From Candidatus Kaiserbacteria bacterium (GTDB taxonomy: Bacteria > Patescibacteriota > Minisyncoccia > Phycocordibacterales > Phycocordibacteraceae), in contig JAHFMN010000002.1 of assembly GCA_023264445.1 (NCBI GenBank), forward strand, positions 142,720 to 206,719: a DNA stretch of 64,000 nucleotides, in the 5' to 3' direction. The notes under the pieces were generated by a model. The model worked only from the letters and a program-made list of their open reading frames with translations. It had not been told where the DNA came from and made no database searches. This document shows, piece by piece, positions 1-8,014 of this stretch (the first letter of the stretch is position 1; the number at the start of each line of letters is the position of its first letter). The position numbers and the translations under genes were made by a program.

Positions 1-95
1 AGCCGCTCGACTTGGCATTGAAATGGTTCTGGCCCTTTACGCGCACCATCAGCTTCCCATTGCGGGTCACGCGGATTCTTTTTGTATACGATTTG

Positions 96-659
96 TTAGT
101 TTTCATTTTTCGGTTTTGATTCTTTCTCGCGTTTTGCTTGGGCGACGAGGTCCCTCTCGATGACGCCGGCGAATCCTTTTGGGCTGCGCGTGACCGGCTC
201 GGCTACCTTGTAGGCATAGGGAATGCGCAGAAGGAACCTCTCGAGGCGTTCCTTGAGGAATGCTTCCTCCATACCCTTGTAGCGGCCTTTGAGGAAGAGC
301 TCGGCGCGGACCCGGTGCCCCTCGGCGAGCCACTCGGCCGCCTTCCTGGCCTTCAGTTCCATATCGTGGTCACCGGTGCCGACCTTGATCTGGACCTCCT
401 TGGTTTCAGAGATTTTAACCTTGGCTTTGGCTACCTTTTCCTTCTTGCTACGTTCGTATTCAAATTTACCATAATCCATGATCTTCGCAACGGGCGGCAC
501 CGCGGAGGGCGAAATTTCTATCAGATCCAGCCCGGCCTGCTTCGCCGCCGCGAGAGCGGCGGCAAGGGAGAGGACACCGAGGTTTTCTCCCTGCGCGCCG
601 ATGACGCGCAATTCTTGCGCGCGGATTTCGTTATTTATCTTAAGTCGGTCCGTAGCCAC
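96..659 (-). CDS. infC: translation initiation factor IF-3
   Basis: INNEIRAQELRVIG, GLDLIEISP..PPVAKIMDYGKF and KEVQIK motifs; probable GTG start at 659. Confidence 0.95.
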   Translation of the reverse strand: MATDRLKINNEIRAQELRVIGAQGENLGVLSLAAALAAAKQAGLDLIEISPSAVPPVAKIMDYGKFEYERSKKEKVAKAKVKISETKEVQIKVGTGDHDMELKARKAAEWLAEGHRVRAELFLKGRYKGMEEAFLKERLERFLLRIPYAYKVAEPVTRSPKGFAGVIERDLVAQAKREKESKPKNEN

Positions 660-701
660 TGGAAGTGTTCTGAATATAGCATGAAAATAGAGGACGCGCA
701 A

Positions 702-1649
702 TCAATTTGAGATTTGGCTCGGAGTGGAGAGGATGATTTCAGCCTTGCCTTCATAGGAGGAGATTTTGCCGGTGAGCGTTATGGTTTGCCTCTCATAGCG
801 GGAGAGGTCGCCAAACTTTTTTACATCATCGGCGAATATGACGCCGGAGAATGCACAAGCTTTGTATTGCTTACAGAAGTCGAGGAAGACGGTACCGCTC
901 TTCGAAGTATAGGCCTCGACGAGCACTCCGCGCACGGAGGCGTAGTCGCCGATGTGCGCGGGGGCAGCCGTGTAGTCGATGGTACCGACAGAAACATTTG
1001 CGGCCGCTCCCGCGGCCGCGTTGCCTTTGTAGGCATCAAGCAGTTTCTTCAGTATGTTTTCATACGCTTGCCGCAACGCCGGGTCGGTGCCTATTTCCAA
1101 TACCTCGTCATTGATAGTCGTTGCGGATTTGGTCCAATTGTAACTGCCGGTCGCGTATGCCGATTCGGTGACAAGAGTCTTGATGTGCATGATGCCGTTG
1201 CCAGTCGCATGCTTTTCAGCGACCACGGGAATGCCGGCGGCCTGCAGCTTCGCGATTATGGGAGCGCCGTAGCTATTACTACTCTGTTCGGAATCCACGA
1301 TTCCTCTCACCTCGACACCGCGTTTTTTCGCCTCAACGAGAGCATCGGCGATGCTCGGAAGTGTAAACGTATATACCGCGAAGTAGATATAATCTTCTGC
1401 CTCATCAATGAGCGCGATGATTTCCTTGTCGTTCTGTTTCCGATCGAGACTATAGATAACGCGTATCGAGCCGGCTACTGGTGCCGAGACGGTTTGTTCT
1501 GGAACGGCCACGCTCGCAGTCTGTGTTGCCACATTTTCGTTGCCAAGCGCGTACCCCGCGCTGCCTGCCGCAAGCGAGAGTACCGCCGCAAGCGCTGCAC
1601 GAATTATCTTCTGATTCATCCCGTTAGAAATAGGACGCGGACGTGTCAT
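702..1649 (-). CDS. secreted phospholipase D-family (Nuc/EDTA-resistant nuclease-like) protein with C-terminal OB-fold-like domain
   Basis: Signal peptide; single HKD-like motif MHIKTLVTE..TGSYNWT; start at 1649 (element-derived) or 1619. Confidence 0.8.
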   Translation of the reverse strand: MTRPRPISNGMNQKIIRAALAAVLSLAAGSAGYALGNENVATQTASVAVPEQTVSAPVAGSIRVIYSLDRKQNDKEIIALIDEAEDYIYFAVYTFTLPSIADALVEAKKRGVEVRGIVDSEQSSNSYGAPIIAKLQAAGIPVVAEKHATGNGIMHIKTLVTESAYATGSYNWTKSATTINDEVLEIGTDPALRQAYENILKKLLDAYKGNAAAGAAANVSVGTIDYTAAPAHIGDYASVRGVLVEAYTSKSGTVFLDFCKQYKACAFSGVIFADDVKKFGDLSRYERQTITLTGKISSYEGKAEIILSTPSQISN

Positions 1650-1734
1650 TGGCTACCTCCGTGCCTACTTGATTAAGATTAATAAAGCCGACATCCCGAA
1701 GTTGTTTGATTTCATGTCCGCGATTTCTAATGGG
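1620..1734. mobile_element. 115-bp MITE-like element with terminal inverted repeats and 6-bp target duplication
   Basis: Ends CCCGTTAGAAAT / ATTTCTAATGGG (1 mismatch); ATTCAT direct repeat at 1614-1619 and 1735-1740. Confidence 0.75.
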
Positions 1735-1771
1735 ATTCATGCAGGGAGTATAGCGTGATACGCTAGCTGAA

Positions 1772-2752
1772 ATGGAGCTATTTCCGAATAAAGTAGAACG
1801 TGAAAGAGATCTCCTCTGGTTTTTCAATCTGGCTCTGTTGCTTCGAGGAATCGGCGGGGCGTTCGAGGTACTCGTCGCTCTTCTGGTGCTTTTTATCCCG
1901 CCGTCGCTCGTGCTGACGATGGCCGAGTTCGTAACTGGCGGTGAGCTCTCGCAGGATCCAAGCGATCCTATCGCGAATGTCTTGGTGAGTGCCGCACATT
2001 CCTTTGCTATCCACTCGCACTACCTGCTTGCACTCTATGTCGCAGTGCACGGGACGATAAAGATTCTGCTCGTGGTGGGTATTTTCGCGGGGAAACGCAT
2101 TGCCTACCCGCTCTTTATGATCGCTATCGCATTCTTCGGCACCTATGAAGCGTATCTGGGCTTCGCGCGACAGCATACGCTCCTGCAGGTGCTTGCAGTC
2201 TTCGATGTCGTTCTCTTCTTCCTCACCATGCATGAATATCGACAGCGCTATCCGCGTCGTGTAGAAAACGAGGCAGGGAAAAAAGAAAAGGCGACATTCG
2301 CGGCCGGCTGTTTCTGGGGCGTTGAAGCATCCTTTCGTACCATGCCGGGCGTACTTGATGCGGTTTCCGGCTACGCTGGTGGGCATGTAGCGCATCCGAG
2401 CTACGAACAGGTATCAAGCGGCACGTCCGGTCATGCAGAGACTGTGGAAATGACATACGACCCGGATACGGTCTCGTACGAAACGCTCGTCAAAAATTTT
2501 TTTCAACTCCACGATCCGACGCAAATGAACCGTCAGGGACCGGACGTGGGGGAGCAGTACCGCTCGGTTATTTTCTATCATTCGCCTGAACAGAAAGAGA
2601 CGGCAGAGAGAGTGAAAAAGGAGCTCGCGCCGCAGTATCTGCCGAAGACTATCGCAACTTCAATAGAGCCGGCCAAGGAGTTCTGGAGGGCCGAAGAATA
2701 TCACCAGCGCTACGCCGAGAAGCATCCCGGCCGCGTCGTCTGTCATATTTAA
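1772..2752 (+). CDS. msrA: DUF2127-like membrane domain fused to peptide methionine sulfoxide reductase MsrA
   Basis: N-terminal ~160 aa multi-TM; C-terminal FAAGCFWG, GHAETV, HDPTQ.NRQG.D.G.QYRS and AEEYHQ. Confidence 0.9.
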   Translation: MELFPNKVERERDLLWFFNLALLLRGIGGAFEVLVALLVLFIPPSLVLTMAEFVTGGELSQDPSDPIANVLVSAAHSFAIHSHYLLALYVAVHGTIKILLVVGIFAGKRIAYPLFMIAIAFFGTYEAYLGFARQHTLLQVLAVFDVVLFFLTMHEYRQRYPRRVENEAGKKEKATFAAGCFWGVEASFRTMPGVLDAVSGYAGGHVAHPSYEQVSSGTSGHAETVEMTYDPDTVSYETLVKNFFQLHDPTQMNRQGPDVGEQYRSVIFYHSPEQKETAERVKKELAPQYLPKTIATSIEPAKEFWRAEEYHQRYAEKHPGRVVCHI

Positions 2753-3114
2753 ATACTCCTCTCTTTTTCAAAATCCAGGCAGACAGAATTGATGCAGTAG
2801 CGCTTACCGCCCTTTTCCGCGGGGCCGTCATCGAAGACGTGTCCGAGATGACTCCCGCAATTCTTGCAGAAGACCTCGGTGCGCATGCCGTCCGCGTCCG
2901 TGCGGGTGCCGACATGCTCTGCGACCGCTGGGTCGGTGAATGATGGCCAACCGGTGCCCGAATCAAACTTCGTATCCGAAGTGAAAAGCATATTCCCGCA
3001 CTGCTTACAGCGGTACACGCCCGGCTCATGGTTATCGACGTACTTACCCGAGAAGGGAGGTTCCGTCCCGCCCTCGTGCATCACATGCCGCTCCTCTGGA
3101 GTCAGCTCCTTCAT
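2749..3114 (-). CDS. msrB: peptide methionine sulfoxide reductase MsrB
   Basis: GTEPPF, KFDSGTGWPSF, HLGHVFDDGP, RYCINS; two CxxC. Confidence 0.95.
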   Translation of the reverse strand: MKELTPEERHVMHEGGTEPPFSGKYVDNHEPGVYRCKQCGNMLFTSDTKFDSGTGWPSFTDPAVAEHVGTRTDADGMRTEVFCKNCGSHLGHVFDDGPAEKGGKRYCINSVCLDFEKERSI

Positions 3115-3165
3115 GGTTCCAGCATAGCATTGCGCGGAATCGGGAGAGCCCGTATGCTAGGCAGT

Positions 3166-3648
3166 ATGAAACGCATCGGGGTCGTCATTATCCTCCTCCT
3201 CGCTTTTTTTGGGTTGGCAGATTCTGCCTACCTCACCCAGCATGCACTCTCCGGCACACCGCTCCTCTGTGATATCCAGAATCTCACTGGATGCAATATC
3301 GTCGCTGCGAGCGAATATTCGCGCATCTTCGGCATACCGCTGGCAGAGTTCGGCGTCCTCTTCTACTGCATCATTTTCGTTCTTGCAGCACTTGAGATTA
3401 TTATTTTTGATCAGCTTCTCCGTCGCGTCCTCCAAGCTATTTCGCTCGTGGGAGTCATCGCTTCGCTCTATTTTACGCTCGTCCAAGTGTTTGTCATCGG
3501 GGCATTCTGTATCTACTGCCTCGCTTCTGCCTTGATTGCGCTCCTTATCCTTATCCTTGCGAGTTTCATTGAGCCTATCCGACGGCGCCCTCGCCCTATG
3601 CCCGAGCCGCCTCCGACACCGCCGCCTTTCTCGATACCGTCGGTCTAG
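3166..3648 (+). CDS. vitamin K epoxide reductase (VKOR) family disulfide-formation protein
   Basis: C-x6-C..V..S.YS..FG.P; CIYC active site; 4 TM segments. Confidence 0.88.
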   Translation: MKRIGVVIILLLAFFGLADSAYLTQHALSGTPLLCDIQNLTGCNIVAASEYSRIFGIPLAEFGVLFYCIIFVLAALEIIIFDQLLRRVLQAISLVGVIASLYFTLVQVFVIGAFCIYCLASALIALLILILASFIEPIRRRPRPMPEPPPTPPPFSIPSV

Positions 3649-3655
3649 CACTCCT

Positions 3656-4822
3656 ATGCAACGCACCTTTCTCACCCTCCTCGTCATACTTCTCATACCG
3701 GCGAGCGTGTATGCTGCCCGCAATCCTTCTTCTTTTTCTTTCGGGCGGGCGCTTGTCGCCGCAAGTACGTCGCCCGGAAATGCGTATCTTGCAGGCGTTT
3801 CAGTTGTCAGCACTGCTGCAGTAGGGGGAGACCTCTCGGCAGTTGGCGGCTCGGTTGTCTCTGCAGCACAAGTTGCCGGCGATGCGCTCCTTCTTGCGGG
3901 CTCGGTCAGTCTTCGCGGACCGGTTACCGGTGACGTGCGCTCCGTCGGCGGAAGCATCGCAATCGAGAGTCCAGTCACGGGTGATCTTACGGCACTAGGG
4001 TTCTCCGTGCATGATGCCGGGCACACCACCGGAAGTGTCTTTATCGTTGCGGCGGACGCGGTTCTTTCAAACGGCGCATCGGGCTCCGTCACCATCTATG
4101 GCAATAATGTCGCGCTTGCGGGCGACTTCGCAGGGAATGTGGATGTCATAGCAACTGGCCACCTGACGCTTTCGGCGAGCACTACCATTCGCGGCGCACT
4201 TTCCTATGAAGCGCCGGAGCCAGCTCTCATCCCTGCGTCCGTAGCGATACTCGGCGGCGTTCACTACACGAATGCTTCGTATCTGCCCGATGCCGGCACG
4301 TCGCGCATTCTTGCGCTCGTGAGCATCGGATTCTTCCTTTTCACGCGTATACTCGGCGCGCTCATTCTCGCCGGCCTTCTCGCCGGCCTCTTCCCAAAAA
4401 TCGCGGAGGCGATTGCCGAGCGGGCATATGCGAGCCGCCCGCGCGACGTCCTGCTTTTGATGATTCTGGGCTTCGGCATATTAGTCGCTACTCCAGTTCT
4501 CATCGTCCTGCTTGCGCTCACGCTCGTCGGCATCGGACTCGCCCTCCTGCTCCTTATCCTGTATGCGCTCCTTGTCCTGCTCGCCTTCCTCTACGCGGGT
4601 ATCTTTCTCGGGAGCATGTTTGCGCGGCGGTTTTTGAAGCGCGAGACGGTGTTCTGGCATGATGGCGTTCTCGGCATGCTCGCGCTCTCGATTATTGCGC
4701 TTCTGCCGGTCGTAGGGCTTTTCGCGGCAATTCTTCTGACGCTATTTTCGGCAGGCGCGCTCCTCCAGATGTTTTTCCGGGCCGCTTTTCCGCACGAAGA
4801 GCAGACGTCAGAAATGCTATAG
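3656..4822 (+). CDS. membrane protein with bactofilin-like/beta-helix repeats
   Basis: Signal peptide, repeated V.GD...GGS units, C-terminal multi-TM region. Confidence 0.65.
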   Translation: MQRTFLTLLVILLIPASVYAARNPSSFSFGRALVAASTSPGNAYLAGVSVVSTAAVGGDLSAVGGSVVSAAQVAGDALLLAGSVSLRGPVTGDVRSVGGSIAIESPVTGDLTALGFSVHDAGHTTGSVFIVAADAVLSNGASGSVTIYGNNVALAGDFAGNVDVIATGHLTLSASTTIRGALSYEAPEPALIPASVAILGGVHYTNASYLPDAGTSRILALVSIGFFLFTRILGALILAGLLAGLFPKIAEAIAERAYASRPRDVLLLMILGFGILVATPVLIVLLALTLVGIGLALLLLILYALLVLLAFLYAGIFLGSMFARRFLKRETVFWHDGVLGMLALSIIALLPVVGLFAAILLTLFSAGALLQMFFRAAFPHEEQTSEML

Positions 4823-4830
4823 TGCGCACG

Positions 4831-5304
4831 ATGAAGATGCCGAAGACAGGTTCGAAGGCCCCCGACTTCACTCTTTCTGATCAGGACGGGAAAGAACACC
4901 TCCTTTCCGACTATGCGGGGAAGTGGGTACTCCTCTATTTCTACCCGAAGGATGACACGCCAGGCTGTACCATTGAGGCCTGCACCATTCGGGATCAGTT
5001 CAAAGATTTTAAAAAGATTGGAGCAGTAGTGCTCGGGGTCTCAGCCGACAGCGCTGCAAGCCATAAGAAATTTGCGACTAAGTTTGAGCTCCCGTTTATC
5101 CTCCTCGCTGACGTCAATAAAGAAGTGGTGGGGAAGTATGGCGTTTTTGGCGAGAAGAAATTCATGGGCCGTACCTACATGGGCATCATGCGTACGTCAT
5201 TCCTCATAGATCCGAAAGGGAAGATTGCAAAGGTGTATGAAAAAGTGAAGCCGGAACTCCACGCGACAGAAGTGATCGCAGATCTCAAAGCGTTCGGTGC
5301 ATGA
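4831..5304 (+). CDS. bcp: thioredoxin-dependent thiol peroxidase (Bcp/PrxQ)
   Basis: YFYPKDDTPGCTIEAC motif. Confidence 0.93.
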   Translation: MKMPKTGSKAPDFTLSDQDGKEHLLSDYAGKWVLLYFYPKDDTPGCTIEACTIRDQFKDFKKIGAVVLGVSADSAASHKKFATKFELPFILLADVNKEVVGKYGVFGEKKFMGRTYMGIMRTSFLIDPKGKIAKVYEKVKPELHATEVIADLKAFGA

Positions 5305-5975
5305 CTCCCACGAAACAAAAAGAGCGCAAAGCGCGCATAAAGAAGATACTCGCATACCTGAAGAAGACCTATCCTGCGCCCAAGAGTGAACTCATCGCCG
5401 AGAGTCCGATGCAGTTCGTTGCTTCGGTTATCCTTTCGGCACAGTGTACGGACAAAACAGTGAACAGGATAACGGCAGTGCTCTGGAAGAAATACAAGAC
5501 TGCAAAAGATTTTGCGCGTGCGAATCCAGCAACCTTTACCAAAGAGATTTCCTCGGTTACCTTTTTTAGAAATAAAGCGAAGGCCATCATTGCGGCGGCC
5601 AAAGCGATTGAGAAACACCACAAGGGAAAGGTCCCGCAGACTGAAAAAGAACTCACTGCTCTCCCCGGTATCGGCTATAAGACGGCACACGTCATCCTCG
5701 GCGAGCTTCATGGCGTATGGGAAGGGATTGCGACCGATACGCACGTGAAGCGCTTCGCAAAACGCTTTGACCTTACCGACAATGACGACCTCACGAAGAT
5801 TTCGAAAGACTTGGAGACGCTCATCCCGAAAAAGGACTGGAAATACGTGAATAACGGCCTTGTCCTCTACGGGCGCTACGTTTGCCCGGCCCGGCCGCAT
5901 GAGTGCAAAGCGCATCCTTTAACCAAGCTTTGGGCCCCCGCCGCGCTTCGATGGCCGAAAACGAAGCAATCATGA
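5301..5975 (+). CDS. nth: endonuclease III (HhH-GPD glycosylase)
   Basis: ILSAQCTD, LPGIGYKTA, DTHVKR; Fe-S motif degenerate. Confidence 0.9.
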   Translation: MTPTKQKERKARIKKILAYLKKTYPAPKSELIAESPMQFVASVILSAQCTDKTVNRITAVLWKKYKTAKDFARANPATFTKEISSVTFFRNKAKAIIAAAKAIEKHHKGKVPQTEKELTALPGIGYKTAHVILGELHGVWEGIATDTHVKRFAKRFDLTDNDDLTKISKDLETLIPKKDWKYVNNGLVLYGRYVCPARPHECKAHPLTKLWAPAALRWPKTKQS

Positions 5976-6778
5976 TAAAGACCACGATACCTTCTTTCCG
6001 AAAAATTGTATGGGCGCACTTTAAGAAGTATGGGCGGCATGATCTGCCGTGGCGGAAGACACACGACCCATACAAGATTCTCGTTTCGGAAGTGATGCTG
6101 CAGCAGACGCAGGTAGAGCGGGTGATACCGTTTTATAAAAATTTCTTGAAGAGATTCCCGACAGCCAAGAAGCTTGCACAAGCTCCGCTCTCTGCAGTGC
6201 TCAAAAGCTGGCAGGGGCTCGGTTACAATCGCCGGGCGAAGATGCTGCAGGCGGCTGCAAAAGAACTCGCAGTAAAAAGGATAAAGACTGTCTCGGAATG
6301 GGAAATGCTACCGGGCGTCGGGTCCTACACGGCTCGCGCGGTCGCAGCGTTCTCTTCCAATACGAATGCCGTCTTTATAGAAACGAATATCCGCACCGTC
6401 ATCATCCATCATTTTTTTCCGAAGAAGAAAAAGGTTTCCGATGCGGCGATTGAGAAGATTCTTGCGCGCGCGCTGCCAAAAGGAAAATCACGCGCTTGGT
6501 ACAGCGCGCTCATGGACTATGGCGCCTCCCTCAAGCGTTCCGGTATCTCGCATAATGCACGGAGTAAGACGCACGCAAAGCAGTCAAAGTTTTCCGGTTC
6601 GCTCCGCGAGGCGCGCGGCGCCATCCTACGCAAACTCTCTCTCGGATCCGCGCCGCCGGACAAGCTCGCACACCTGCTCGGCGAGGCGCGCCGCGCGCAA
6701 ATGCGCACTGCGCTCCGGGCGCTCTGGACAGAAGGACTCATCAAAAAGACGGAAAGGGGATACACGCTCGCGGACTAA
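5972..6778 (+). CDS. mutY: A/G-specific adenine glycosylase, short form
   Basis: RHDLPWR..DPYKILVSEVMLQQTQV, WQGLGYNRRA, LPGVGSYTA; no Fe-S cysteines. Confidence 0.88.
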   Translation: MIKTTIPSFRKIVWAHFKKYGRHDLPWRKTHDPYKILVSEVMLQQTQVERVIPFYKNFLKRFPTAKKLAQAPLSAVLKSWQGLGYNRRAKMLQAAAKELAVKRIKTVSEWEMLPGVGSYTARAVAAFSSNTNAVFIETNIRTVIIHHFFPKKKKVSDAAIEKILARALPKGKSRAWYSALMDYGASLKRSGISHNARSKTHAKQSKFSGSLREARGAILRKLSLGSAPPDKLAHLLGEARRAQMRTALRALWTEGLIKKTERGYTLAD

Positions 6779-6788
6779 ATACCCGGAA

Positions 6789-7943
6789 CTATCGGAAATC
6801 TTTTATCAGTAAGGTCGTGATGCTGCCGGCAATCGCGATAAAACCGCCGATAAGTACGAAGAAGAGCTGCTGACTGCCAAAGAGGAGAATGCCGCTCGCG
6901 ATGATAGGCGCGACGAGATTTGCGACAGGCCAGATACCTCGGAACACGCTTATCGAATTGACGTCTTTTTCGCTTACCCGACGGAAGAAATGTCCCTCAG
7001 TCATACTCTCAATGAGAGCAGCACCGATACGCGAAACAACGAGGACGGCGAGGATGACCAGAAGCGGCGTGCTTGGGGTGAAAAGACTTATGGAGCCAAT
7101 TGATACTCCTGCGAGTAGGAAGCCGATAAAGAGCATTTCTTTGTCGCCGACCACCTTGTCGGCCAACACCCCTGCGGGGTATTCAATAATCACGTAGGGT
7201 ATCAGCATGATAGCGAATATCCAGCCCAGATCCGTCCACGAAATGCCAATGATTTCATGAAGGTAGAGCGGGGTGTAAAACGGCGCCCACACGAAAAAGA
7301 GATAGAGTAAGAAATGCGCAAACGTGATGGCCGAAAGGTCGCGGTCACGCGCCATACACCGCGCCGTGTCTTCTATGTGTGAGAGGAGTGGCGGTTGTCC
7401 CTGAGGCAGTTTCCGTACGGCAAGCAGTGTGATGAGCGGCAGTGTGGCGATAGCCGCCGCAAGGAAAACAAAATTGTACGCGTCTTTGGATGCAAGAAGC
7501 GCCCCGGTAAGAAGGGGGGCGGCGAGTGCCGCAACGTTCCACGCAGTGAGGAATACGGTTCGTACGCGCGCCGTCGTACCTTCTTCGGCAACGGTTGCTT
7601 CCAGGAGAAGATCAAGCTCGTACGCAAGGAAAGGTCCAAGCGCGATGGCGATTGCCGCAAAGACGGATGCGGTGATTACTCCCGGTAGTGCCGCAAGCGC
7701 AAGGAGAGAGAACAGTTGAAGTATCGAGATGAAAATCGCAAGCTGTTGCGCGCCAAAACGTGCGACAATACGAGGAAGAAATGGGAAGATCACACACGAA
7801 ACGAGAGCACCCGCGGCGATAACGAGTCCAGCAGATACCTCCGACATAAAGGAGGAGAGATACGGGATGATGATGTATGAAAGTGCCGTCGAGAAAAGAG
7901 CAAAGAAGAAATTACCGACGGATAGAACGACTCGCGGACGCAT
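6789..7943 (-). CDS. MFS transporter
   Basis: ~12 hydrophobic helices; G.LADK.G motif. Confidence 0.85.
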   Translation of the reverse strand: MRPRVVLSVGNFFFALFSTALSYIIIPYLSSFMSEVSAGLVIAAGALVSCVIFPFLPRIVARFGAQQLAIFISILQLFSLLALAALPGVITASVFAAIAIALGPFLAYELDLLLEATVAEEGTTARVRTVFLTAWNVAALAAPLLTGALLASKDAYNFVFLAAAIATLPLITLLAVRKLPQGQPPLLSHIEDTARCMARDRDLSAITFAHFLLYLFFVWAPFYTPLYLHEIIGISWTDLGWIFAIMLIPYVIIEYPAGVLADKVVGDKEMLFIGFLLAGVSIGSISLFTPSTPLLVILAVLVVSRIGAALIESMTEGHFFRRVSEKDVNSISVFRGIWPVANLVAPIIASGILLFGSQQLFFVLIGGFIAIAGSITTLLIKDFR

Positions 7944-7962
7944 AGTCTCTCGAGCATAGCAT

Positions 7963-8007
7963 ATGAAAAATGTGCGGCTCGCCAAAGGCGAGCCGCACGT
8001 TTTTCAT
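7963..8007. terminator. intrinsic terminator hairpin downstream of rnj
   Basis: ATGAAAAATGTGCGGCTCGCC-AAA-GGCGAGCCGCACGTTTTTCAT inverted repeat with A/T tails. Confidence 0.7.
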
Positions 8008-8014
8008 GCGTCTT

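Noticed and set aside
714-1676. 320-aa plus-strand ORF
   Set aside because: Antisense shadow of the PLD gene; no recognisable motifs.
3157-4095. 312-aa minus-strand ORF
   Set aside because: Antisense to VKOR and the beta-helix membrane gene.
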